Shown one piece after another: positions 38,277 through 48,012 of a DNA stretch of 64,000 nucleotides (position 1 is the first letter of the stretch; each line of letters starts with the position of its first letter). Made by a program: the position numbers and the translations under genes. Origin of the DNA: Bradymonadia bacterium (GTDB taxonomy: Bacteria > Myxococcota_A > Bradymonadia > UBA7976 > UBA1532); NCBI GenBank assembly GCA_046290225.1, contig JBKAGE010000078.1, positions 256,001 through 320,000 on the forward strand, given 5' to 3'. The notes under the pieces were generated by a model that did not search any database, was not told where the DNA came from, and saw only the letters and a list, made by a program, of their open reading frames with translations.

Positions 38277-39877
38277 TCTGTCACCTCGAAAGCGCGCAGC
38301 ATGTAGGGGTTGCCGTTGATGTAGATGTCGAGACGCCAGTTCCCCGCCACAAAGGCCCGGAAGCTCCGGGTCCAGGCCCACCAGCCGCCCTCGAAGAGCC
38401 GCTGCTGGTATCGGTGGCGGGTGCCGTCGGGCTGGGTCCAGAACCAGGCGATGTCTACCTGAGGTCCCTCGCGGATCATGATCGCCCCAGCAGTCTCTTC
38501 GTCGACGAGGAAGCGCGCCCGCTCTCCCTCGGACCTGCAGTTGAGCAGGGCGTCGAAGTCGTCGGAGAACATCGCGTTGCAGTTCGCGGTCTCGTTGGCC
38601 TCGACGAGGAACAAGCCCTCGACCCAGTCAGGGCGGGGTGTCGCGGACAAAGGCGGGGTCAGATCCACGGGACCCACGAGCTGCTCGTGCACGAGGCGCC
38701 CCACCGACGCGAAGAGCGCGCCGGTGTCCGCCCCGATCTGCCGATCGAGGGTGAGCATCACCAGCACCATGGGCTCGAGGCCTTCTGCGGCGGCTTCGTC
38801 CGTGGGGGGCGTGATGAGAGCCCCCCAGTGACGGCCCGCGTAGAAGCCCGCGTTCCAGCTGGAGACCCACACTGGAGAGGGCAGCTCGTCTCCCCCACCT
38901 CCGCTGCCCAGCGACTGCTCGAGGAGTCCGCGGACGATGGCGTTCGTGGTCGCGTCCACCAGGGTGCCGCGGTAGAGCCGGGTGAGCACCTCACCCCATG
39001 CCCGAGCCGTGGCCAGGGATACGCCCATGTCGTTCATGGCGGCGACAGCGCCGCGGAAGGCAGCGTCGTCGAACTCCGGTGCTTCGGGGAAAGGATCAGG
39101 GGTGATGGCCGTCGCGTCGTCGCCGTGCAGATATCGGCCGAGGTTCACGCAGCTCACCCCCGAGAAACGACCATCGAGGGCCTCGGCGAACAGGCGATCC
39201 CGCTCGCAGGGAGACAGATAGCGACCCAGGCCGGGCACGATGAGGCTCGTGGCCGTCTCTTGCACCACCTCGGCCCCGCCGAGGGCGTCGATGAGCAGCG
39301 CCTCCGCCGAGCGATCCCCCAGGTTCAGGGTGAACCGCGCGAGCTGCTCGAGGGTGAAGGTCTCGCCGACACGGCGATTGCCCAGGAAGCCCGCGGGACT
39401 GCGCTCGAACTCAGCGGTGTACGTCACCTCGGTGCCAGCCTCGATGGTGCCTGCGGTGACCTGACTGGCGTAAGTGAGCACGGCGAAGATGCGGAACAGC
39501 TCTCCCCCGAAGACAGGCTCGTCAGCCCGAGAGGCCACCGCCTCTCCTGTGGCGAGGTTGCGGCCGTAGAAGTAGACCTCGCCGTTGAAGGCATCCACGG
39601 CCTCATTGATCTCTGCAGACGGGGCTTCTGGACCAGTGGGGGCAGCATCCGGCACCTCGGCCATGTCGGGTGGATCAGGCAGCTCGAAATCGGGGCTCGG
39701 CGCAAAGGCGTCGGGCATCATCGCCCCTCCGACACCACCCCCGCCGGCCTCACCCCCCTGAGGGCCACTGTCGGTCTGGCCGATCAGGCCGGGCTCTCCA
39801 GGCTCGCCACACCCGAGGCCGAAGTTCACGGCCCCCAGGAGCAAAGCCCCGAGGGCACACCGATGAATCTGGCGCAT
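38273..39877 (-). CDS. Lipoprotein with class A beta-lactamase/serine-hydrolase-like fold, catalytic motifs absent
   Basis: Lipobox GLGC; FYGRNLATGEAVASRADEPVF, TLEQLA, ATARAWGEVLTRLYRGTLV follow the class A layout; C-terminal beta-rich domain. Confidence 0.6.
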   Translation of the reverse strand: MRQIHRCALGALLLGAVNFGLGCGEPGEPGLIGQTDSGPQGGEAGGGGVGGAMMPDAFAPSPDFELPDPPDMAEVPDAAPTGPEAPSAEINEAVDAFNGEVYFYGRNLATGEAVASRADEPVFGGELFRIFAVLTYASQVTAGTIEAGTEVTYTAEFERSPAGFLGNRRVGETFTLEQLARFTLNLGDRSAEALLIDALGGAEVVQETATSLIVPGLGRYLSPCERDRLFAEALDGRFSGVSCVNLGRYLHGDDATAITPDPFPEAPEFDDAAFRGAVAAMNDMGVSLATARAWGEVLTRLYRGTLVDATTNAIVRGLLEQSLGSGGGGDELPSPVWVSSWNAGFYAGRHWGALITPPTDEAAAEGLEPMVLVMLTLDRQIGADTGALFASVGRLVHEQLVGPVDLTPPLSATPRPDWVEGLFLVEANETANCNAMFSDDFDALLNCRSEGERARFLVDEETAGAIMIREGPQVDIAWFWTQPDGTRHRYQQRLFEGGWWAWTRSFRAFVAGNWRLDIYINGNPYMLRAFEVTE

Positions 39878-39940
39878 CACGTGCTCTCTCCTCGACATCA
39901 GTTCACATGGGCAGCGATGGATCAGTTTCGCCGCATCGTG

Positions 39941-40702
39941 TCACCGGCGGGCCTGCGGGGCAACGATCCGGATGATCTCCTGCACCACCTGCTCAACGGT
40001 CCGGCTCGCAGTGTCTACCGTAAAATGGGCTTCTTGATACAGCGGAGCCCGTGCCGCAAGCAGGGCCTTGAGCTCCGCCATCGCTTGCGGGTGATCCCGC
40101 ATCGGGCGGCGATCACCCTGTTGAATCACTCGATCCCAGTGGTCTTCTGGCCGTGCCTTGAGCCACACCGTCTGCGCTGATCTCTTGAGCTGCCCCCAGA
40201 TGATCTCGTGGGTCACCAGAGAGCCGCCCGTGGCGAGCACGGTGTCTTCCCGCTCTCCGAGCAGCTGGCTCAGGGCTTCATCTTCGAGGCGGCGATAGTA
40301 CGCCTCACCGTGTACAGCGAAGATCTCGGAGAGCGACAACTCGGCGAGGGCCTCGATCCGAGCGTCGAGCTCTACAAACCGGTAGCCCATCTGATCAGCG
40401 AGCGTCCGCCCGACAGAGGACTTCCCTGCTCCTCTGACCCCCATGAGCGCCAGCACCGCCCCTCGAGGTTCTTCAGCCACGACCTCGGCGATGGTCAGGC
40501 CGAGGGCCCGGCACATGGCGTACAGCTTCGCCAGCGACACATTCGCCTGACCCCGCTCGGCAAGGCCGATGTAGCGCTCGCTGAGCCCCGAGGCTTCTGC
40601 AAGGCCCTTCAGGGTCAGGTCGAGGGCTTGTCGTCGGCCTCTGAGGCGACGACCCACCATCGCCTTGAGGGCCTCCACCTCGTATGTGGCTGTGTCGTCC
40701 AT
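39941..40702 (-). CDS. boxR: BoxR/BzdR-type regulator (XRE HTH plus shikimate-kinase-like domain)
   Basis: LSERYIGLAERGQANVS HTH; GVRGAGKSSVG P-loop, LATGGSLV, QGDRRPM; divergent from boxC. Confidence 0.85.
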   Translation of the reverse strand: MDDTATYEVEALKAMVGRRLRGRRQALDLTLKGLAEASGLSERYIGLAERGQANVSLAKLYAMCRALGLTIAEVVAEEPRGAVLALMGVRGAGKSSVGRTLADQMGYRFVELDARIEALAELSLSEIFAVHGEAYYRRLEDEALSQLLGEREDTVLATGGSLVTHEIIWGQLKRSAQTVWLKARPEDHWDRVIQQGDRRPMRDHPQAMAELKALLAARAPLYQEAHFTVDTASRTVEQVVQEIIRIVAPQARR

Positions 40703-40767
40703 GAGAGGCTCCACGAAAAAAAGGAACTATATGTCACGCAACTTCCTCACGAGACGCAATATCATTC

Positions 40768-40796
40768 TTGATGGCCGGCAACGACCCCTTTATTGT
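40768..40796 (+). promoter_or_regulatory. Candidate boxCB promoter
   Basis: TTGATG-N17-TATTGT upstream of boxC. Confidence 0.45.
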
Positions 40797-40872
40797 GCGT
40801 GTCGAAGTCGAAACATTCTGACGGACCCCCAGCGGCGCAGTTCAGCCGCTGCGCCACCCACCGCGAGGCCTC

Positions 40873-42576
<1,704 letters not shown>

Positions 42577-42577
42577 G

Positions 42578-43990
42578 ATGGGCAACATCGACTACCAGAG
42601 CCGGATCCCCAACAACGTAGATCTCGGCAGCGACCGCCGCCTGCAGCGGGCTCTCGAAGCCTGGCAGCCCAACTTCATCGACTGGTGGATGGAGATGGGC
42701 CCTGAAGGCTTCCAACAAGACCAGGTGTACCTGCGCACCGCCATCAGCGTCGATCGTGACGGTTGGGCCCACTTCGACTACGTAAAGATGCCCGAATACC
42801 GCTGGGGCATCTTCGTGAACCCCATCGACACCGAGCGCACCATCCACTTCGGCGATCACATCGGCGCCCCGGTCTGGCAGAAAGTGCCCGGCGAGTACCG
42901 CAACGTGCTCCGCCGCATCATCGTGACCCAGGGCGACACCGAGCCCGCCAGCGTGGAGCAGCAGCGTCTGCTCGGTCAGACCGCCCCTTCTCTCTATGAC
43001 CTGCGCAACCTGTTCCAGGTGAATGTCGAAGAGGGCCGGCACCTCTGGGCCATGGTGTATCTGCTGCACACCTACTTCGGCCGTGATGGTCGAGAAGAGG
43101 CCGATGCGCTGCTCGAGCGCCGAAGCGGCAACGCCGACTCGCCGCGCATCCTCGACGCCTTCAACGCCCCCATCGACGACTGGTTGAGCTTCTTCTGCTT
43201 CACCACCTTCACCGACCGTGACGGCAAATATCAGCTGCGGGCCCTCGCCGAGAGTGGCTTCGACCCCCTCGCCCGCACCTGCCAGTTCATGCTCACCGAA
43301 GAAGCCCACCACATGTTCGTGGGCCAGACGGGCATGGGGCGGATCCTCCAGCGCTCTGCCGAAGCCTCGAAGCTGGGCGACCCCCGCACGCAGGGCGTGA
43401 TCCCCTTGGACATGCTCCAGCGGTACGTGAACTTCTGGTACACGATCTCCCTCGACCTCTTCGGCAGCGAAGACTCGAGCAATGCTGCCCTGTTCTTCGG
43501 CGCGGGCCTCAAGGGTCGCGATCGGGAGGCCACCCTCGAGGAGCACACCGCCCTCGACCAGAGCTACACGTTGACCAAGCTGAAGGGCGGCGCCCTCGTC
43601 GACGAGGACATTCCCCTGCGCCGGGCCATGAACGAGGTCCTCCGCGACGCCTATGTCGCCGACTGCGAGAAGGTGATCAAGAGCTGGAACCGGATCCTCG
43701 ACAAGGTGGGCTGTGACGTACGGATCAGCTTGCCCAACCGCCGGTTCAACCGCCGCCAGGGCATCTACGCCGACTTCGACTTCACCCCCGACGGCAAGCC
43801 TCTCACCCCAGCACAGTGGGCCGCTCAGAAGGACCAGTGGCTGCCCTCGGAAGATGATCAGCTCTACGTGAAGAGCCTGATGACCCGCGCCTACATCCAG
43901 CCCGGTGAGTACGCCCCCTGGATCGCGCCGCCGACCCGCGGCATCAATGGCCAGGGCCTCGACTACGCCTACGTGCAGCCTCACACCTGA
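42578..43990 (+). CDS. boxB: Benzoyl-CoA 2,3-epoxidase di-iron subunit
   Basis: IPNNVDL, QGDTEPASVEQQ, NVEEGRHLWAM, TDRDGKYQL, EEAHHMFVG di-iron motifs. Confidence 0.95.
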   Translation: MGNIDYQSRIPNNVDLGSDRRLQRALEAWQPNFIDWWMEMGPEGFQQDQVYLRTAISVDRDGWAHFDYVKMPEYRWGIFVNPIDTERTIHFGDHIGAPVWQKVPGEYRNVLRRIIVTQGDTEPASVEQQRLLGQTAPSLYDLRNLFQVNVEEGRHLWAMVYLLHTYFGRDGREEADALLERRSGNADSPRILDAFNAPIDDWLSFFCFTTFTDRDGKYQLRALAESGFDPLARTCQFMLTEEAHHMFVGQTGMGRILQRSAEASKLGDPRTQGVIPLDMLQRYVNFWYTISLDLFGSEDSSNAALFFGAGLKGRDREATLEEHTALDQSYTLTKLKGGALVDEDIPLRRAMNEVLRDAYVADCEKVIKSWNRILDKVGCDVRISLPNRRFNRRQGIYADFDFTPDGKPLTPAQWAAQKDQWLPSEDDQLYVKSLMTRAYIQPGEYAPWIAPPTRGINGQGLDYAYVQPHT

Positions 43991-44252
43991 GGCTGTCTCA
44001 CCTACACACACCCACAAAAACGCACAACCCATTGATCGTCATCCTGATATGGGCTAGCCTGCTTATATTCTCAGGCACATGTACCTGAAGAGCAGTGCTC
44101 TCAAGGTGGGGTGTCTACTCGCTCACTCGGGTGAGTCGAAGGGTGTGTCGGGCTGTCCTCTGACATATTCTCTGTTTCGACTCACCTGAAGTGTGTCTCT
44201 GGTGCCCTGGTGTGTTGTTGAATGACACCCGGGCCCTGAAGAGGGATGACCG

Positions 44253-45995
44253 GTGGGGACAAAATACCCAGGCCATCTGTTGGATGATCCCTTCGCAGCG
44301 CACGATGCTGCGACTGATCACAGTGGCTTGTCTGATCCGCTTCACACGGATCGGACATGGGATGATCCTGTTGATCCTGGACCCCGCGGTACAGTCCCTG
44401 TGGGCCGTCAGCTCGCACCACGGCCCTCGATTCACCCCCGACACCTGCACCGTAAGGCGACGATTTTCGTCCGCCAGTCCGACATGCCCCGCCTGGCCCA
44501 GGTCGGCCCTCAGCGCCTGATGCAAGAGGTGAAGGGCCTGGGCTTCCAACATGTGGACATCGCCGGTGAAGGTCACCTGGCCTCACGGCACATGGGCCTG
44601 CTCGCAGACATCGCCTCGGGGCGCCTCGGGGCCCTGGTCTCGACCCACAGCGCCGAGATGGGGCCCCCTGACGCGGTCTTGCGCGATCTCCTCAACGCCT
44701 GTGCCATCTCCGGCGCGGTGGTGATCAGCCCGACGGGCATCTACAACCCGAGGCACATGCACGACCGACAGCGTCTCGGCCTCCCGAGCATGCTGTCTCA
44801 CGGCGATCTCAGACACATCAGCAATCAGATCCTGTCGCATATTCGCCAGCCCGCTGCTGCGGGTTTGCGACCCATCCTCCCCGCTGGTCTGCACTGGAAC
44901 AGACACCACCAGGTCGATCTGGATCCTGATCATCAGGTGCGTCAGACCATCAAGGCGGTCTTGGATCGATTCGAACACACTCGAGATGCCTACGATGTGT
45001 TGACCTGGCTGGAGCGTCGGCGAGCTCAGCTCCCCGCCCCGGTCTACACTGAGGGTCAGGCCCGTATGGAGTGGCGCCGACCCAATGCCCAGACGGTGCA
45101 TCAGATCCTCACTGATCCCATGTATGCCGGCGCCTTTGGTCTCGGGCCTCGTTCGGCCTCACCTCATGGGCTCATCGGCAACCCGGATCTGCTCGTGCGC
45201 AATCATCACCCGGGCTACATCCACTGGGATCATTTCGAGCGCAACCAAAAGCTCCTCGGTGAAGAGCGGCCCTACCGCGTCATCGATCTCGTGGCTGATC
45301 AGAGCGCTCAGGGCTTCTCCATGCCCTCCACGCCGACGCCAGCTCAAGCTTCAGGGCTGGTGGATGCCCTGGTAGAAGCCCGACGCTGGGCTGAGGAGAT
45401 CTCTCGTCGCTACGCTCAAGCCTCGTCGAGCAACCGCTTCGTGAAGGCAGAGCTGGAGCGCCAGTGGAACCAGGCTCTGGAGCAGGTGCAGGCGCTCTCG
45501 GCGCGGCTGGCTGCAGAGCAGTCGACGCCCATGCATCAAAACGGCGCCATCACAGCCCCGCTGACGCCCCTGCCGAGCCCGGTGCCTCATCATGGCGGTC
45601 ACATGACACGCTGGCAGCCCCCAGGTGGGCCTCTGATGGCACCGAACGGTGTGCCCAATCACAGCGATCAACGTTACAAGACGTCGAACCCCCTACGGAC
45701 TCTGACGCCGGCGCCCGACATGGACGACTATGACGTGGTGGTGGTGCCGGATTGGGTGGACCCTCAAGCCCTCGCACAGTCGCTGCCTCCATCGACTGCG
45801 AGCCAGCGTCGCCACGAGGAGCACCGCGCTCAACAGCAGGTCGACGCCCTGCTCAACGGTGGAGATGGCCAGCTGCCCCCTGACAGCCTCGCCATCGGTC
45901 TGAACCGCGCCGGCGTCCGCTCAGGGGCTCGAGTCAACTGGACCTCGAACCGGGTACAGCGCGTGCGGCGCTTCAACCGCGAGCGCGACGAGTAG
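44253..45995 (+). CDS. Large serine recombinase-derived protein, catalytic Arg motif and zinc ribbon missing
   Basis: HLHRKATIFVRQS, GIYNPR..DR..LG, DPD..V...I..V...F, ILTDPMYAGAF, HHPGYIHW..FERNQ, NRFVKAELERQWN, LNRAG.R....WTSNRV. Confidence 0.72.
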   Translation: MGTKYPGHLLDDPFAAHDAATDHSGLSDPLHTDRTWDDPVDPGPRGTVPVGRQLAPRPSIHPRHLHRKATIFVRQSDMPRLAQVGPQRLMQEVKGLGFQHVDIAGEGHLASRHMGLLADIASGRLGALVSTHSAEMGPPDAVLRDLLNACAISGAVVISPTGIYNPRHMHDRQRLGLPSMLSHGDLRHISNQILSHIRQPAAAGLRPILPAGLHWNRHHQVDLDPDHQVRQTIKAVLDRFEHTRDAYDVLTWLERRRAQLPAPVYTEGQARMEWRRPNAQTVHQILTDPMYAGAFGLGPRSASPHGLIGNPDLLVRNHHPGYIHWDHFERNQKLLGEERPYRVIDLVADQSAQGFSMPSTPTPAQASGLVDALVEARRWAEEISRRYAQASSSNRFVKAELERQWNQALEQVQALSARLAAEQSTPMHQNGAITAPLTPLPSPVPHHGGHMTRWQPPGGPLMAPNGVPNHSDQRYKTSNPLRTLTPAPDMDDYDVVVVPDWVDPQALAQSLPPSTASQRRHEEHRAQQQVDALLNGGDGQLPPDSLAIGLNRAGVRSGARVNWTSNRVQRVRRFNRERDE

Positions 45996-46001
45996 GCCCT
46001 C

Positions 46002-46035
46002 TTCCACAGAGATGCCCATTCCACAGAGATGTCCA
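46002..46035. repeat. 17-bp tandem direct repeat (2 copies)
   Basis: TTCCACAGAGATGCCCA then TTCCACAGAGATGTCCA, one mismatch. Confidence 0.8.
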
Positions 46036-46187
46036 GTCCTCTGGCTCCACGAGCAGCCCTCTGATACCTTCCGCTACCTCATTTCATGGCTGTCTCGACC
46101 TTCGAGGGTGCGCCCGGGGTCGTCACAGCGAGCGTCTTTTGACCGAATGGGTGGTCCGACCACCCCCTCAGCCTCTGCGAGGTCGCC

Positions 46188-47276
46188 ATGCAAGCGGGCA
46201 TCGTCGGCCTGCCCAACGTGGGCAAGTCCACCATCTTCAACGCGCTCACCGCCGCCGGTGCTGAGAGCGCGAATTATCCCTTCTGCACCATCGAGCCCAA
46301 CGTGGGGGTGGTGCCGGTGCCTGATCCCCGCCTCGATCGCCTGCAGACGGTGATCGCCACCCAAAAGGTGATCCCGGCGAACGTGGAGATCGTCGACATC
46401 GCCGGCCTGGTCCGGGGCGCGAGCAAGGGCGAGGGTCTGGGTAACCAGTTCCTCGGCAACATCCGCAACGTCGACGCGGTGCTCCACGTGGTGCGTTGCT
46501 TCGAGGACGCCGACGTGGTCCATGTGGATGACAGCGTCGATCCCATGCGGGACATCGAGACCATCGAGACGGAGCTGATCCTCTCGGACATGGAGTCGGT
46601 GGATCGCCAGGTAGAGCGCACGGCGAAGAAGGCCCGGGGCGGCGATAAGGACGCCAAGGCCCGCATGGAGGTGCTCGAGGCCGCGCAGAAGCTGCTGCAC
46701 GCCGAGAAGCCCCTGCGCCACGGCGATTGGGACGAGAACCAGCGCAAGGTGCTCCGCGAGGTGGGCCTGCTCACGGCGAAGCCGGTGCTCTTCGTGTGCA
46801 ACGTCGACGAAGATGCCGCTGCTGAGGGCAACGCGCTGTCCGAGAAGGTGGCGGCCTATGCTGCGGAGAACGGCGCGGGCTGTATCCGCCTGAGCGGTCA
46901 GGTGGAGGCCGAGGTCTCGGAGCTGGAGCCCGAGGATCGCGTGGCCTTCTTGTCGGATCTTGGCCTCGAGGAGCCGGGGCTGCACGTGCTGGCCCGCGCC
47001 ACCTACGAGCTGCTGGGCCTGCAGACCTACTTCACCGCTGGGGAGAAGGAGATCCGCGCCTGGACGATCAAGCAGGGCACGATGGCCCCTCAGGCAGCGG
47101 GCGTGATCCACACTGACTTCGAGCGCGGCTTCATCCGGGCCGAGGTCTACACGATCTCCGATCTCGAGGAGACGGGGAGCGAGGCCGGCCTGAAGGCCGC
47201 AGGCAAGCTGCGGGTGGAAGGCAAGGAGTACCTCGTGAAGGACGGCGATGTGATGCACTTCCGGTTTAATGTCTAA
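46188..47276 (+). CDS. ychF: Ribosome-binding ATPase YchF
   Basis: GLPNVGKST, ANYPFCTIEPN, DIAGLV, GEGLGNQFL, AAGVIHTDFERGFIRAE, DGDVMHFRFNV. Confidence 0.98.
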   Translation: MQAGIVGLPNVGKSTIFNALTAAGAESANYPFCTIEPNVGVVPVPDPRLDRLQTVIATQKVIPANVEIVDIAGLVRGASKGEGLGNQFLGNIRNVDAVLHVVRCFEDADVVHVDDSVDPMRDIETIETELILSDMESVDRQVERTAKKARGGDKDAKARMEVLEAAQKLLHAEKPLRHGDWDENQRKVLREVGLLTAKPVLFVCNVDEDAAAEGNALSEKVAAYAAENGAGCIRLSGQVEAEVSELEPEDRVAFLSDLGLEEPGLHVLARATYELLGLQTYFTAGEKEIRAWTIKQGTMAPQAAGVIHTDFERGFIRAEVYTISDLEETGSEAGLKAAGKLRVEGKEYLVKDGDVMHFRFNV

Positions 47277-47538
47277 GGGCTGAACCAAGCCTCCAGCCTT
47301 CGGGCACTTGCGACAACGCCGAGCAGCTTGTGCGGGTCAATGCCCGCCACGATCGGCCCTGGACTCGCACAGCCTTCCCAACGACAAACTCGCATGTAGG
47401 GTGCTCCTCCTATTATTCCGGGCAGGTAGGAGGTCATGCGGTCTGGCACAGGAAGTTCAACTTCCGCTTCTCTGAGGCCAACATGCAGCCAGATGCCATC
47501 CGAGCCCTTCACATCTGGCTGGAGCAGGAGTCCGAGCT

Positions 47539-47766
47539 GTGAGCAAGGTCACCATCGAACTGACGGGCGACGAGGCCCTTGTCCTCTTCGAGTGGATCAC
47601 CCGCTTCACCAAGAGGGAGAACGAGGGGTTCGAGGACCAAGCCGAAGAGAGGGTGCTCTGGCAAATTGAAGCCGTACTGGAGAAGGCGCTCGTCGAGCCG
47701 TTCAAGCCCGACTACGACCGGCTGCTGGCGGCGGCCCGAGCAAGGGTGAGGGACGAGTCGAGTTGA
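47539..47766 (+). CDS. Small helical hypothetical protein
   Basis: Clean 75-aa ORF with host-like codons and upstream GGAG; LTGDEALVLFEW...DQAEERVLW...LVEPF. Confidence 0.65.
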   Translation: MSKVTIELTGDEALVLFEWITRFTKRENEGFEDQAEERVLWQIEAVLEKALVEPFKPDYDRLLAAARARVRDESS

Positions 47767-48012
47767 CGCAGTCACCAGTGCCTGTGTGAGAGGCGACACC
47801 ACTTCCTTCCAGCAACGGGCCTGCTCCAAGTCAAGCACCTCGGTCTCGGCAGCGGAGCGCTCCCCGAGCCCAGGAACAGCGACCGCCCCCTACCAACTTC
47901 TCCCCTTCGCACAACCGGCCTCCGTATCGCAGCAGGCCATCGACGATCACCTGGTTCTGAAGCAATATGGCGATATCTGCAGCTACACCTTCGAACGGTT
48001 GGGCGAATCATC

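Noticed and set aside
40720..40825. BoxR operator repeats in the boxR-boxC spacer
   Set aside because: Only weak, inconsistent similarity among candidate sites; no convincing palindrome or TGCA repeat array by eye.
46000..46030. DnaA boxes or replication origin near ychF
   Set aside because: TTCCACA cores deviate from TTWTNCACA, there are only two, and no AT-rich unwinding region is present.
44253..47276. Prophage or integrative element anchored on the recombinase-like gene
   Set aside because: No phage, conjugation or transposition genes and no att-like flanking repeats; neighbours are boxB and ychF.
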